32,559 nt of DNA from Lentisphaeria bacterium. GTDB lineage: Bacteria > Verrucomicrobiota > Lentisphaeria > JABSQK01. Where the stretch lies: contig JABSQK010000051.1 of the NCBI GenBank assembly GCA_013215875.1, positions 1 through 32,559 on the forward strand, in the 5' to 3' direction. Shown piece by piece: positions 10,693-19,877 of this stretch. Position numbers and translations under genes: made by a program. The notes under the pieces are model-generated. The model did no database searches and was not told the origin of the DNA. It saw only the letters and a program-made list of their open reading frames with translations. Positions within the stretch are counted from its first letter, which is position 1. Every line of letters starts with the position of its first letter.

Positions 10693-12015
10693 ATGAATGA
10701 CAACGAACATCCTGACAGACTGAAGCGAACCCGGTTCTTGCTTCTTACCGTTCCCTCCTTTGAACTCTGCTTTGCTTACGCCACAGAAAGCGCTTTGCTG
10801 ACCGGTTGCGCTCTTATGCTTGGGGCTAGCGGCTTTCAAATTGGTCTTTTGGGTTCTGCTCTCTGGATGGGGCGCCTTGGGGTGATTGCTGCCCCTTTCC
10901 TAGTGCGCTTGACCGGTGGCCGGCGCCGGCCCCTTCTCTTGATACTGACAGCTCTGCGCTATCTCTTCTGGCTTCCCATTGTATTGCTGCCAATATTAAG
11001 GCCGGAGGGGGCTGTCTGGTACATGCTATTGTTTATCACCCTGGCCAGCTTGTGCGCAGCGCCGGCCTCAGTTCTGCAGACGTCGTGGACGGTGGCAGTT
11101 GTACCCAAAGATGATCGCAACCGCTTCAGTGGTTCGCAATCAGCCCTTATGCTGATTGCAGCGATTATCATGTGCCCACTGGCAGGTTACCTTATCGACT
11201 CTGTCGGTCATGAAAGGGGTTTCTCCCTCGTCTTTGCTATTGGCATTGGAATTGGACTTGTCGCAATGATCTGGTACTACCTGGCCCATGACCCAGGCCT
11301 GGCCGATAATTCCATGCCAAGCTTGTCAGAACAAGTACGTTCCGCTTTGTCCCGGCCTCTCTTTCGCCGGTTCATGGTGTTTTACGCGTTGCAGGCGATG
11401 GCCCTCACAGCCATTATCTTTTCCATAAACCTGATCTATCTCAAATTTCTCGGCCTTAGCTTCGTCTTTATCACCTCCTGGATGGCTATCGGTAAAGTAG
11501 GCAAGATGGTGTCCTGCTACCTGAGTGGCAGGGCCAGTAGCCGTTTTGGAGCGCTTGCCAACCTTAAGGTCGGCAATTTTCTGCTCTGCCTTTCGCTCTT
11601 GCTAATGTTCGTGGCCCAACCGGAAACACTATTTATTGTGCCGGTTTTCCTGGTGCTTTTCAATTTTTTCGATGGCTGCGTCGATGTGCCGCAAAATGTC
11701 CTGATTATGAACTGGGGAAACCAGGAAGAGCCGACAGTAGACCTTAGCATTCTCACGGTGGTTGCTGCACTGGGTGGGATGCTTGGGCCATTTGCTGGGG
11801 GATTGCTTGTTGAATTACTGGAGGGATCCTCGTGGTCATTCGGCTCCTATGTTTTCCTGCCGTACCATCTGGTTCTGGCCGGAAGCATGGGCGTGATGTT
11901 TCTTGCAATGCTTTTTCTGCCGCGTACGCGTGACGCCAATGAGAGACCAACCCTGGCTCTGGTCCAGGCGGCGTTCAGACCGTTAACGTTTATGCGAGAA
12001 ATTCTGCGACGATAG
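10693..12015 (+). CDS. MFS-type transporter
   Basis: 440 aa with about 12 predicted hydrophobic helices and an MFS-like arrangement (GRLG loop after TM2). Confidence 0.65.
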   Translation: MNDNEHPDRLKRTRFLLLTVPSFELCFAYATESALLTGCALMLGASGFQIGLLGSALWMGRLGVIAAPFLVRLTGGRRRPLLLILTALRYLFWLPIVLLPILRPEGAVWYMLLFITLASLCAAPASVLQTSWTVAVVPKDDRNRFSGSQSALMLIAAIIMCPLAGYLIDSVGHERGFSLVFAIGIGIGLVAMIWYYLAHDPGLADNSMPSLSEQVRSALSRPLFRRFMVFYALQAMALTAIIFSINLIYLKFLGLSFVFITSWMAIGKVGKMVSCYLSGRASSRFGALANLKVGNFLLCLSLLLMFVAQPETLFIVPVFLVLFNFFDGCVDVPQNVLIMNWGNQEEPTVDLSILTVVAALGGMLGPFAGGLLVELLEGSSWSFGSYVFLPYHLVLAGSMGVMFLAMLFLPRTRDANERPTLALVQAAFRPLTFMREILRR

Positions 12016-12123
12016 TGTAACGATCGGCGATGACGGGGGAATACTGACAGTGGACGTGAACACGTGCATTGTTAGCGACGACGAGGTGAAGACCTGGGAA
12101 GGGGACGAATGTATGAGGGCAGC

Positions 12124-12933
12124 TCAAGGGAGGAAGTAGTTCGTCCCGCCGTTGTTCAGGTAGTCAAGATAGAGATTAATCATGTCTCCCGCCTTCATGT
12201 TCTCCACGTGCATATCCGTATAGGTGTAGTTGGCGCTGCCGTTATGGACAATGCGGGCCTCCAACAGCCAAGGGAAAGAACCATTGGTTGGGTCGAGCAG
12301 CTCTTTGGGTTTGATCGCTCCCCAGAAGTCAGCAGTGTCCCAGATATGGATCTTCATGTCGTCATCATATGTGGGCTTGCGAGCAGTAACATTACCGGAC
12401 GTGCCGTCCAGGCCGGTCAGGGTGAAGGTCTCATCGTCGCCGCTTTGGATCAGCGTGTAGTTCTGAGCCATATTGGAGTCCCAGTTCTTGCCCTTGGCTT
12501 CCGGGCAATGTTTAACGTCGTAGGTGCCGAAGTAGGACTCCGAAATTCCGCCGGCGTACTTCCAGCCCTTCACGCCCCAGTCAGGGCTGGTGTTGTCGAA
12601 CCCTGTCTTGTTCCAGTAGAGGTATCGGACCGAGGGGATCCAGCCTTCATGGTCGTCCATGTAGAAGTTCAGAGCTAGAGCCTGTTGCTTCTTGTTGCTC
12701 ATGCAGATCACCACCTTAGCCTTGGCCTTGGCATTGGCCAGGGCCGGTAGAAGCATGGCCGCCAGAATCGCAATGATTGCAATGACCACCAATAACTCTA
12801 CGAGCGTGAACCTTCTGAGTTTACCTTGCCTTTCAATCATGCTTCGCATAATTTGCCGGCCGCCCGCTCGCAAGCGAGCTTGTGGGTGAAATGCGGCTCT
12901 GCTAGCCGCTGCTTCAGACGAAATTTTTTTCAT
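12124..12933 (-). CDS. prepilin-type N-terminal cleavage/methylation domain protein, H-X9-DG-like (degenerate: H-X9-DM)
   Basis: [30 protein letters not shown] pilin-like segment. C-terminal HNGSANYTYTDM aligns to H-X9-DG with G replaced by M. GGGAG Shine-Dalgarno 9 nt upstream of ATG 12933. Shorter alternative starts MRSMIERQ or MIERQ are possible. Confidence 0.7.
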   Translation of the reverse strand: MKKISSEAAASRAAFHPQARLRAGGRQIMRSMIERQGKLRRFTLVELLVVIAIIAILAAMLLPALANAKAKAKVVICMSNKKQQALALNFYMDDHEGWIPSVRYLYWNKTGFDNTSPDWGVKGWKYAGGISESYFGTYDVKHCPEAKGKNWDSNMAQNYTLIQSGDDETFTLTGLDGTSGNVTARKPTYDDDMKIHIWDTADFWGAIKPKELLDPTNGSFPWLLEARIVHNGSANYTYTDMHVENMKAGDMINLYLDYLNNGGTNYFLP

Positions 12934-12952
12934 ATTAACGATCTCCCAAGTT

Positions 12953-12973
12953 GTTAATTCGCAGTGAATTAAC
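12953..12973 (-). promoter_or_regulatory. perfect 8-bp inverted repeat GTTAATTC-N5-GAATTAAC in the 5' UTR/promoter of gene 12124-12933; candidate operator
   Basis: The palindrome lies between a putative sigma70-like promoter (TTGACA at 13004-13009 on the minus strand, 16-nt spacer, TATATT) and the Shine-Dalgarno and start codon. Confidence 0.3.
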
Positions 12974-13030
12974 CATTTCTAAATATAATATAAAGGGTCT
13001 TATTGTCAAGGTCTGTGAGCAGAAATGCCA

Positions 13031-13378
13031 TCACCAGAAATCGCCTGTGTACCCACCCCAGGGCTCTGTATAATCTGGGTGGGCTGTATCCGTCACATTC
13101 CATTTACTGTCTTGGTAGCTGCCGAACGGCCGCAGCAGCGTCGGATCTCTGGCTACCTTGGTGAAGACCGACCCATCGGCAAACATGGCGTTGTAGCCGT
13201 ATCGATTGTGCACCACATAGTCGTATTTCAGTACGCCGCTCTTTACTACGCCATTCGGTACGCCGCAGGCAACTAATGCTCGGGGAAAGGACATATTAGC
13301 GCCGCTTACCCGTGCCAGCCAAGTTTCTGTCCAGGAGAGGAGAGACCCGATAGTTGTTGAAGTCCGATTGTGAGAATG
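13031..13378 (-). pseudogene. C-terminal remnant of a prepilin-type H-X9-DG (DUF1559) protein
   Basis: Stop-to-stop frame encodes ...VHNRYGYNAMFADGSVF..., the classic DUF1559 C-terminal NxxFxDGSV motif (H-X10-DG here). No FTLIELL N-terminus and no in-frame start upstream; the frame is closed by TGA at 13379-13381. Confidence 0.5.
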
Positions 13379-13664
13379 TCACAGGCCAATCCCAAACGGC
13401 AGCAGGAGACTGGCTGTCAACCACCAGTCCGGGAGATCCCTGGTACTTTGGCGCACGTGTCCAGTAGCAGGTTTAAGGAATCCAGTATCGCAGCCCATAT
13501 TACTCTGGCCAAGGGTGAACGAACGAAGTGAGCTTGCAGAGCTTGCAGCAAATATTCTCTAGAGCTACTTTTATCATTCCTGTATTGATAACAATCAGCT
13601 CGGTATTACCTTTCTGAACACCAAGCAAAGAAAGCAAATACGATATTAAAAATGGGAGCATCTT

Positions 13665-14432
13665 ATGAAAGAGAGACTATTTACCATCATTTTTTGTTTA
13701 TTGGCCTTAGGAGTTTCAGCTGACACGGACAAAAAACCTAAGCCTAGAGCAATACTACTTTCAAGCATTATTAAGGATCTGGCTGAACTTGAAATAAAAA
13801 ATGTCGAGATTAATGCCACGACCCTTCCTGAGCTTATGAAGCAATTGGGGAACGGGGTGAAACCATTCGGGGAAAAACATCCCGATTTTGCGGTCATCAT
13901 CGATAGCTCCGGGCCGAAATTTAAAGTGGTCTTCAAAGCCGATCGAATCCATTTCATTGACCTGTTGAATATAGTATGTCATCAAGCGAAGCTGATGTGG
14001 TCCATTGGTCCCGGTGGCCTTGTCATTCGGCCGCAAGTTGTATACAATGATCGAATAATTACAGAAGACGATGAGCGATCACTGCCAGATGAAGGCGATG
14101 AATTATCACTGCCAGATGAAGGCGATGAAATAGTGAAAGAAGAAAAAAATAAGCCAAAGCAAAAAGCATTTGGCAAGCGATCTGCAAAAGATCCTATCGT
14201 TGTGAATGTTTTCGAAAAAGGGAAAATGTTGGTAATGGGTAAGGCTATAAGTGAAAAACAATTGTTAACAATGCTCAAAAAGGCGAAAAAAGAATATTCA
14301 AAAGTATCAGTCATAATTCGCGGGGATAAAAAAGCAAATTGGAAAAATATAGCCACTGTTATGAATGCTTGTTCAGGAGCAGGCATTGACAGAGTTAGCT
14401 CTACAGTTGAAGTTGATGCAGAAGATAAATAA
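13665..14432 (+). CDS. secreted/periplasmic protein with ExbD/TolR-like C-terminal domain
   Basis: N-terminal signal/anchor MKERLFTIIFCLLALGVSA. C-terminal ~70 aa (VSVIIRGDKKANWKNIATVMNACSGAGIDRVS) matches the ExbD/TolR periplasmic domain pattern. Internal tandem SLPDEGDE(L/I) repeat. GGGAG Shine-Dalgarno upstream. Confidence 0.6.
   Translation: MKERLFTIIFCLLALGVSADTDKKPKPRAILLSSIIKDLAELEIKNVEINATTLPELMKQLGNGVKPFGEKHPDFAVIIDSSGPKFKVVFKADRIHFIDLLNIVCHQAKLMWSIGPGGLVIRPQVVYNDRIITEDDERSLPDEGDELSLPDEGDEIVKEEKNKPKQKAFGKRSAKDPIVVNVFEKGKMLVMGKAISEKQLLTMLKKAKKEYSKVSVIIRGDKKANWKNIATVMNACSGAGIDRVSSTVEVDAEDK
14079..14132 (+). repeat. 27-bp tandem repeat x2 (26/27 identical), in frame, encoding SLPDEGDEL/SLPDEGDEI
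   Basis: tcactgccagatgaaggcgatgaatta followed by tcactgccagatgaaggcgatgaaata. Confidence 0.8.
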
Positions 14433-14451
14433 GCTACCTTGACCCTGTCTT

Positions 14452-15870
14452 CTACCTTCTCTTCTTTTTGCCTTGTTTGCGCTTTTGTTTTTTCTTTTTG
14501 CGCAGCTCTTTTTTCTTTTTGGCGGATATTTGTCTGTCTGGTGCGATGGAGATATTGCCATCTTCGTCCATGTGCTGGGCCATCTTGCCCATTTGCGACA
14601 TGATACCTTTCATGTCGTTGAAGCGTTTGATGAGCTGCTGGACTTCGAGTAGAGGGCGACCAGCGCCTTTGGCTACACGCTGGCGACGGGCATTGCTGCG
14701 CATGAGCTGGGGTTGTTCGCGTTCTTCAGTGGTCATGGAAAGCACAACGGCTTCGACATATTTGAGCTGATCTTCATCGACATCGGCGCCACCCATCATT
14801 TTCTTTCCACCGGGCAGATAACTCATTATTGAATTGAGTCCACCCAGCTTGCGCACCTGTTTGATCTGACTGAGAAAGTCATTGAAATCAAACTTGTTCT
14901 TAAGCATTTTCTCTTCAAGCTTTTTCGCTTCGTCTTCATCGATCTGACCCTGGATATTATCCACCAAAGTGGCAACATCGCCCATACCGAGTATACGGTC
15001 GGCCATACGGTCGGGATGGAAGTTTTGCAGTTCCTCCATCTTTTCCCCAATACCGATAAACTTAATCGGTTTGCCAGTAACTTTGCGCATGGACAGTGCT
15101 GCACCACCACGGGCATCACCATCGAGTTTGGTGAGCACGATACCGGTAATATCGAGTGCCTGGTTGAAATGATCGGCGACAGAAACCGCTTCCTGCCCGA
15201 GGGCGGAATCGGCGACCAGGAGAATTTCGCTTGGATTGAGAATCTGTTTTACACTAACAAGTTCCTGTACCAGATCGTCGGCAATTTGCAAACGGCCCGC
15301 TGTATCAAAGATGAGTACATCAAAGCCATTGTGTCGCGCATAAGCGCGTGCTTCATTTGCCAGTACGACTGGGTTTGCACCTTCGCGCATGGCAAAGACT
15401 TCTATGTCGATTTGTTTACCGAGCGCTTCGAGCTGGTCAATCGCTGCTGGCCGCATTAGGTCGGCCGCAACAAGCAATGGTTTTTTATTGAGTGTCTTTT
15501 TGATGTGCAATGCGAGCTTGGCAGAGGTGGTTGTTTTACCCGCTCCGTGCAGACCCACCATCATAATGCTGGCGGGAAATTCTTTGAATTCGAGCGGCAC
15601 ATTTGCTTCGCCCATGAGCGAGACAAGGTGTTTGTGCACCACGCTCTTGGTCATTTGCCCGGGATTTATCCCTTTCAAGACACGTTCGCCGAGGCACTCC
15701 GCTTTGACTTCTGAGATGTAGTCTTTGACAATTTTAAAGTTCACATCCGCATCGAGCAGGGCCATGCGAATTTCGCGCATGGCATCGTCGATATTGGCTT
15801 CCGAAAGGGTGCCTTTGCCCGTCAGGTTGCGAAATGTTAAATCGAGTTTATCCGTTAAATTTTCAAACAT
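14452..15870 (-). CDS. ffh: signal recognition particle protein Ffh
   Basis: N domain, GTPase G domain (GLHGAGKTTT P-loop, DTAGR) and M domain. Lys/Arg-rich C-terminal tail of ~30 aa. AGAGGAA Shine-Dalgarno inside the galK 3' end. Confidence 0.95.
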   Translation of the reverse strand: MFENLTDKLDLTFRNLTGKGTLSEANIDDAMREIRMALLDADVNFKIVKDYISEVKAECLGERVLKGINPGQMTKSVVHKHLVSLMGEANVPLEFKEFPASIMMVGLHGAGKTTTSAKLALHIKKTLNKKPLLVAADLMRPAAIDQLEALGKQIDIEVFAMREGANPVVLANEARAYARHNGFDVLIFDTAGRLQIADDLVQELVSVKQILNPSEILLVADSALGQEAVSVADHFNQALDITGIVLTKLDGDARGGAALSMRKVTGKPIKFIGIGEKMEELQNFHPDRMADRILGMGDVATLVDNIQGQIDEDEAKKLEEKMLKNKFDFNDFLSQIKQVRKLGGLNSIMSYLPGGKKMMGGADVDEDQLKYVEAVVLSMTTEEREQPQLMRSNARRQRVAKGAGRPLLEVQQLIKRFNDMKGIMSQMGKMAQHMDEDGNISIAPDRQISAKKKKELRKKKKQKRKQGKKKRR

Positions 15871-17046
15871 CTATAGTTCCTCTACAGTTGCACCATCACC
15901 GATTGCGCAGATCATGACCTGCGGTATCTCGCCAGTGTGTGCTTTTATATAGCTCTCGAGATTATCTTTATAATCCCCGGCTTTTTCTTTATCTACCAGG
16001 TGTATTGATATACCACCAAAACCGCCACCACTCAAGCGCGCCCCGTAAAATCCGTCGAGGGCTTTTCCCGCGTCTACCAGAATATCGAGCTCCGGGCAGC
16101 TGTTTTCAAAATTATTTTTACTGCTTTCATGAGAGGCATTGAGTAAGCGACCAAAGCTGGTGAGGTCATTTTGCTTCAGCGCTTCTTCCGCAGCATGGAC
16201 ACGATCGTTTTCCCCGAGGATATGGCAAGCTCTGCGATAGCTTAAAATATGCATGGACGCTTTGGCGTCATCCAATTGCTGTTGATCCGCATCGCGCAGA
16301 AAGGGCACATTGAGAACTTTTGCGGCATCGATGCAGCGTTCATGGCGTTCATTGTATTCCTCAGTGAGGTCGTGTTTTACATGACTGTTGGTGACAACAA
16401 AGACCGCACTGTCAGGTGCGTCGATGGTCTCCACTTCGAGACTGCGAAAATCTGTTTTTACAAAGGCATTTTTCTTGCCCATGAGCGATGTGAATTGATC
16501 GAGCAAACCGGTGTTGACGCCAATATAATTGGCTTCGGAGCCCTGGCCGATACGGGCCCATTCGCTGTTTTCCAGTTCAATGCCATAGAGTTTGCCAATG
16601 CCAAGAGCAAAGGAAATTTCCAGTGCAGCGGAACTGCTCATGCCGGCCGAGAGCGGCACATCGCCATCGAAGAATGCATCGAAGCCCGCAAACTCGAACG
16701 CGCGTTTTTGCATTTCGACAATGACCCCTTTTACATAATTGCACCAGTCGCCGGGGATGGCATCGCCAATGGCATCGAGGGAAAATTCGGCTGTGAGATC
16801 GAGCGATGGATTGTGTATGTTTACCATGCGGTCATCGCGCTTTGCCAGTGCTACAGTGGTGCCAAGGTCAACTGCCGCACTGATAACAAAGCCTTCATTA
16901 TAGTCCGTGTGATTACCAAGAATCTCTAGCCTGCCTGGCGCACTGGACAGTACCGTAGCTGCGGAATTATACCTGGATTTGAATCCGTCAATAATTGTGT
17001 TTTTATCAATCATAGCGTACACTAAATTCATACGGGTTTTTGTCAA
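15871..17046 (-). CDS. galK: galactokinase (GHMP kinase family)
   Basis: APGRLEILGNHTDYNEGFV matches the galactokinase signature (GRVNLIGEHTDYN). GHMP ATP motif PLSAGMSSSAAL present. Stop TAG abuts the ffh ATG (TAGATG). Confidence 0.8.
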   Translation of the reverse strand: MTKTRMNLVYAMIDKNTIIDGFKSRYNSAATVLSSAPGRLEILGNHTDYNEGFVISAAVDLGTTVALAKRDDRMVNIHNPSLDLTAEFSLDAIGDAIPGDWCNYVKGVIVEMQKRAFEFAGFDAFFDGDVPLSAGMSSSAALEISFALGIGKLYGIELENSEWARIGQGSEANYIGVNTGLLDQFTSLMGKKNAFVKTDFRSLEVETIDAPDSAVFVVTNSHVKHDLTEEYNERHERCIDAAKVLNVPFLRDADQQQLDDAKASMHILSYRRACHILGENDRVHAAEEALKQNDLTSFGRLLNASHESSKNNFENSCPELDILVDAGKALDGFYGARLSGGGFGGISIHLVDKEKAGDYKDNLESYIKAHTGEIPQVMICAIGDGATVEEL

Positions 17047-17047
17047 T

Positions 17048-17080
17048 AAAAAAGCCGGGCTGTAAACAACCCGGCTTTTC
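17048..17080 (-). terminator. rho-independent terminator downstream of the isomerase gene
   Basis: Minus-strand read: AAAAGCCGGG ttgtttacag CCCGGCTTTT followed by TTATT (T-tract mainly the TTTT stem arm plus TT). Confidence 0.5.
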
Positions 17081-17098
17081 AGAATTTTTCGTTGCTAA

Positions 17099-17854
17099 TT
17101 ATTGAGCGAGTTCGCGCATTTTATTGACACATTCGGTCAATGCGGGAACAGGTGCTTCAACATCGGCTTCATATTCGATGACAGCCATGCCATCGAAACC
17201 AATTTCGTTTAGTTTGTCAACAAATGCAGGCAGATCGAGCGTGCCTGTACCAACGACAACATCCTGCCACTGGGCATTTGATTCAAAAATAAAGTCTTTG
17301 TAATGAACCCCAAAGATAGAGTCTTTAAATTCTTCTAGCCATTGTACGGGGTTTCCTCTTGCTGGGCCGATTTGCATGCACCAGGCAGTATCGAGACAAA
17401 TGCCGATTTCGCCATCGCCCAAACTGATGAGCTCTGTCATCACATCTGGTGAACCACCAAACATGTAACCACCATGGGTATGAATGCCGACTTTAATACC
17501 AAATTCTTTGCATAATGCAGCAGTCGCTGGAACTGCTTCGCGAAATGTGCCAACAGTGAAATGTGCTGAAATGTGCTTTGCACCGGCGATTTGAGCACAC
17601 TCAAACCATTTGCGTTCCACTTCTGCATCGCCAGTAAAGGTCTGTACACCAATAGAGACAATGTTAACTCCGGCATCTTCATAAATTTTTACCACGTCTT
17701 TCCACGCTTCCACATCATTAAAATCTGCGTGGATCCCGCAGATTTCGATGCTGCTTACACCTATTTCTTTTACTTTCGCCGCGACTTCATGGTTGTCTGT
17801 GAAATGACGGAAGCAGTAACTCTGCACGCCAAAATTCATTGATGCTTGTGACAT
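17099..17854 (-). CDS. sugar phosphate isomerase/epimerase (xylose-isomerase-like TIM barrel, AP endonuclease 2 family)
   Basis: Typical family length and composition. Start chosen at ATG 17854 (MSQASMNFGV) because AGGAGAT sits 7 nt upstream; the track's 17899 start is an unsupported extension. Confidence 0.8.
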   Translation of the reverse strand: MSQASMNFGVQSYCFRHFTDNHEVAAKVKEIGVSSIEICGIHADFNDVEAWKDVVKIYEDAGVNIVSIGVQTFTGDAEVERKWFECAQIAGAKHISAHFTVGTFREAVPATAALCKEFGIKVGIHTHGGYMFGGSPDVMTELISLGDGEIGICLDTAWCMQIGPARGNPVQWLEEFKDSIFGVHYKDFIFESNAQWQDVVVGTGTLDLPAFVDKLNEIGFDGMAVIEYEADVEAPVPALTECVNKMRELAQ

Positions 17855-18099
17855 ATTTATATCTCCTGGTTTAAATTTCACAAAGGCAAGACAGTACACA
17901 TTGCGAGGGAAGGTTCAAGGGATTAGACGTAAGGTTCAAGGTTTTAAAGGAACAAGAAATAAGGACAAGAAAGAGTGTTAAATTGAATTCTTAATTCGTC
18001 AAATTAGAGAAATTCGTTGATAGAGTTTTTGTTTTTAATGCATTATCTTCGATATTCCAAAAGCTCTTTAAGAAGTAAAAGTGTAAGATTGGATATTCG

Positions 18100-19248
18100 T
18101 TACATTTGTTCGTTGCCGGAGCCGCCGCCCCATTCTTTTTGCATAAACTCGATCATCTCTTCTTCTGAAGGGCGGTGTTGTTTATACATTTCCTGAAAGA
18201 GCAGGGAGTCGAGAATAGTGATAGCCACCATTGCTTCTACTACGGGTACTGCGCGTGGAGTAATGCAGGGATCGTGGCGACCATGCACTTCGATGGTATC
18301 ATCTTTTTTATCGACAGTGACCGTGTCCTGTTCTGTGGCAATGGACGCAGGCGGGCGTACAGCCGCTCTGATAATAATGTCTTCGCCATTTGAGATTCCA
18401 CCGTTTATGCCACCGGAATTATTTGATTTTGTGCGGATGCGTCCGTCTTCCATGTAAAATTCATCATTGAACTCATGGCCGAACATGCCAACACAGTCGA
18501 AGCCAATGCCAACTTCAAATCCCTTGATTGCACCAATGGACATGACGCCATGGGCAAGTTTTGCTTCGAGCTTGTCAAATACCGGGTCGCCGAGACCTGG
18601 AGGGCAATTGCGCACATGCACTTCAACAACACCGCCAACAGAATTTTCATCTTTTTGGGCTGCCTGGATGCGTTCAATCATCTCATCCATGACAGAGAGG
18701 TCTGGGGTGCGCACAATGTTTTCAGGTGTTTCGATAATATCGTAATCAACCGATTTGGCTTTAATGCCGGCAATTTCCCGAGAAAATCCGACAACGCTCA
18801 CACCGTAATGCTGCAGCACTTTCTTTGCGACAGAACCAGCAGCAACACGTGCTGCAGTTTCGCGGCCGGATGCACGGCCACTGCCGCGCCAATCGCGCAA
18901 GCCGTATTTGGTAAAGTAACTGAAGTCTGCATGGCCGGGACGAAATTTATGCTTGATATCGAGATAGGCGGAGGGTTCCTGATTGTTATTGCGAATCATC
19001 AGGGTGACAGGTGGGCCCATTGTTTTGCCATCGAAGACACCGGAAACGATTTCGATTTTATCTGATTCTTTCCTAGGTGTGGAGACCTTGCTTTGCCCGG
19101 GCCTGCGACGGTCCATATCTACCTGTATTTCGGCTTCACAAATCTCGATATTCGGGGGTACGCCCTCGACAATCACACCAACGGCGCGACCATGGCTTTC
19201 TCCAAATGTCGTAACTTTAAATATTGTACCAAAGGAACTTCCTGGCAT
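18100..19248 (-). CDS. aroC: chorismate synthase
   Basis: [33 protein letters not shown]-terminal signature and conserved core. GGAG Shine-Dalgarno upstream. Confidence 0.95.
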   Translation of the reverse strand: MPGSSFGTIFKVTTFGESHGRAVGVIVEGVPPNIEICEAEIQVDMDRRRPGQSKVSTPRKESDKIEIVSGVFDGKTMGPPVTLMIRNNNQEPSAYLDIKHKFRPGHADFSYFTKYGLRDWRGSGRASGRETAARVAAGSVAKKVLQHYGVSVVGFSREIAGIKAKSVDYDIIETPENIVRTPDLSVMDEMIERIQAAQKDENSVGGVVEVHVRNCPPGLGDPVFDKLEAKLAHGVMSIGAIKGFEVGIGFDCVGMFGHEFNDEFYMEDGRIRTKSNNSGGINGGISNGEDIIIRAAVRPPASIATEQDTVTVDKKDDTIEVHGRHDPCITPRAVPVVEAMVAITILDSLLFQEMYKQHRPSEEEMIEFMQKEWGGGSGNEQM

Positions 19249-19322
19249 CTCTAACTCCTAAATAATCTCACTAAATAAAATGAGCCCAAACTCTATTCCT
19301 TAACACTTAAATGTCAATAAAT

Positions 19323-19784
19323 TCAGCCCTGCGACTTTTTCTCTTCAAGATAGTCGAGCACACAATCCATAAGATGTGGCTTGCTTAAGGCGTCTTCCAG
19401 GCTGACAAATTCTGCCCAGATGATTTCGCGCATATCAATTTGCAGGTCTGGGGCTTCATCGAGGTACAGTTCATAGAGGCAGGTGATATTGCGTGTCGTC
19501 TTTGAGGGGATTTCTTTGATAAATTTGAGTTGCTCAGTCGTTGCAGTGATGTGCGCTTCTTCGTACAGTTCACGAACGGCAGCATCGATATAGCTCTCGT
19601 TGCGGTCGACCATACCCCCCGGAAAGCCAAAATCGCGCTTATAAGAGGTCCTTAACAGCAGGATTTTTCCATCATACCAAACACCGACGAATGTCCCTCT
19701 GCTGGAAATTCGCAGGATTCTCCAGGCAATGATGGCTCCGATATATAAAACTTTGAAAACACAGCGATAGAGAAAATTGAGCAT
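19323..19784 (-). CDS. NUDIX hydrolase
   Basis: NUDIX box GGMVDRNESYIDAAVRELYEEAHI (Gx5Ex7REUxEExGU). Confidence 0.8.
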   Translation of the reverse strand: MLNFLYRCVFKVLYIGAIIAWRILRISSRGTFVGVWYDGKILLLRTSYKRDFGFPGGMVDRNESYIDAAVRELYEEAHITATTEQLKFIKEIPSKTTRNITCLYELYLDEAPDLQIDMREIIWAEFVSLEDALSKPHLMDCVLDYLEEKKSQG

Positions 19785-19877
19785 TCCAGACTATAACGTA
19801 AAAGAAGAAAGAAAAAACTAATTCCTTCGTTTGATTAAAAAAACTGTGAAAAGCCAGTTGGAACCGGTTGATTTCCA

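Noticed and set aside
12109-12678. 189-aa plus-strand ORF
   Set aside because: Antisense to the minus-strand H-X9-DG-like gene, which carries the FTLVELL pilin motif and a Shine-Dalgarno.
14373-14561. 62-aa Lys-rich minus-strand ORF overlapping the ffh 3' end
   Set aside because: Alternate frame of the poly-Lys tail region of Ffh; no independent support.
15016-16929. Plus-strand ORFs (147 and 226 aa) antisense to ffh and galK
   Set aside because: ffh and galK have unambiguous family signatures on the minus strand.
17915-17950. GGTTCAAGG motifs resembling a tRNA T-loop
   Set aside because: No complementary T-stem, acceptor stem or anticodon arm can be formed; simple direct repeat aaggttcaagg x2 in a promoter region.
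18475-19065. 196-aa plus-strand ORF antisense to aroC
   Set aside because: aroC is unambiguous on the minus strand.
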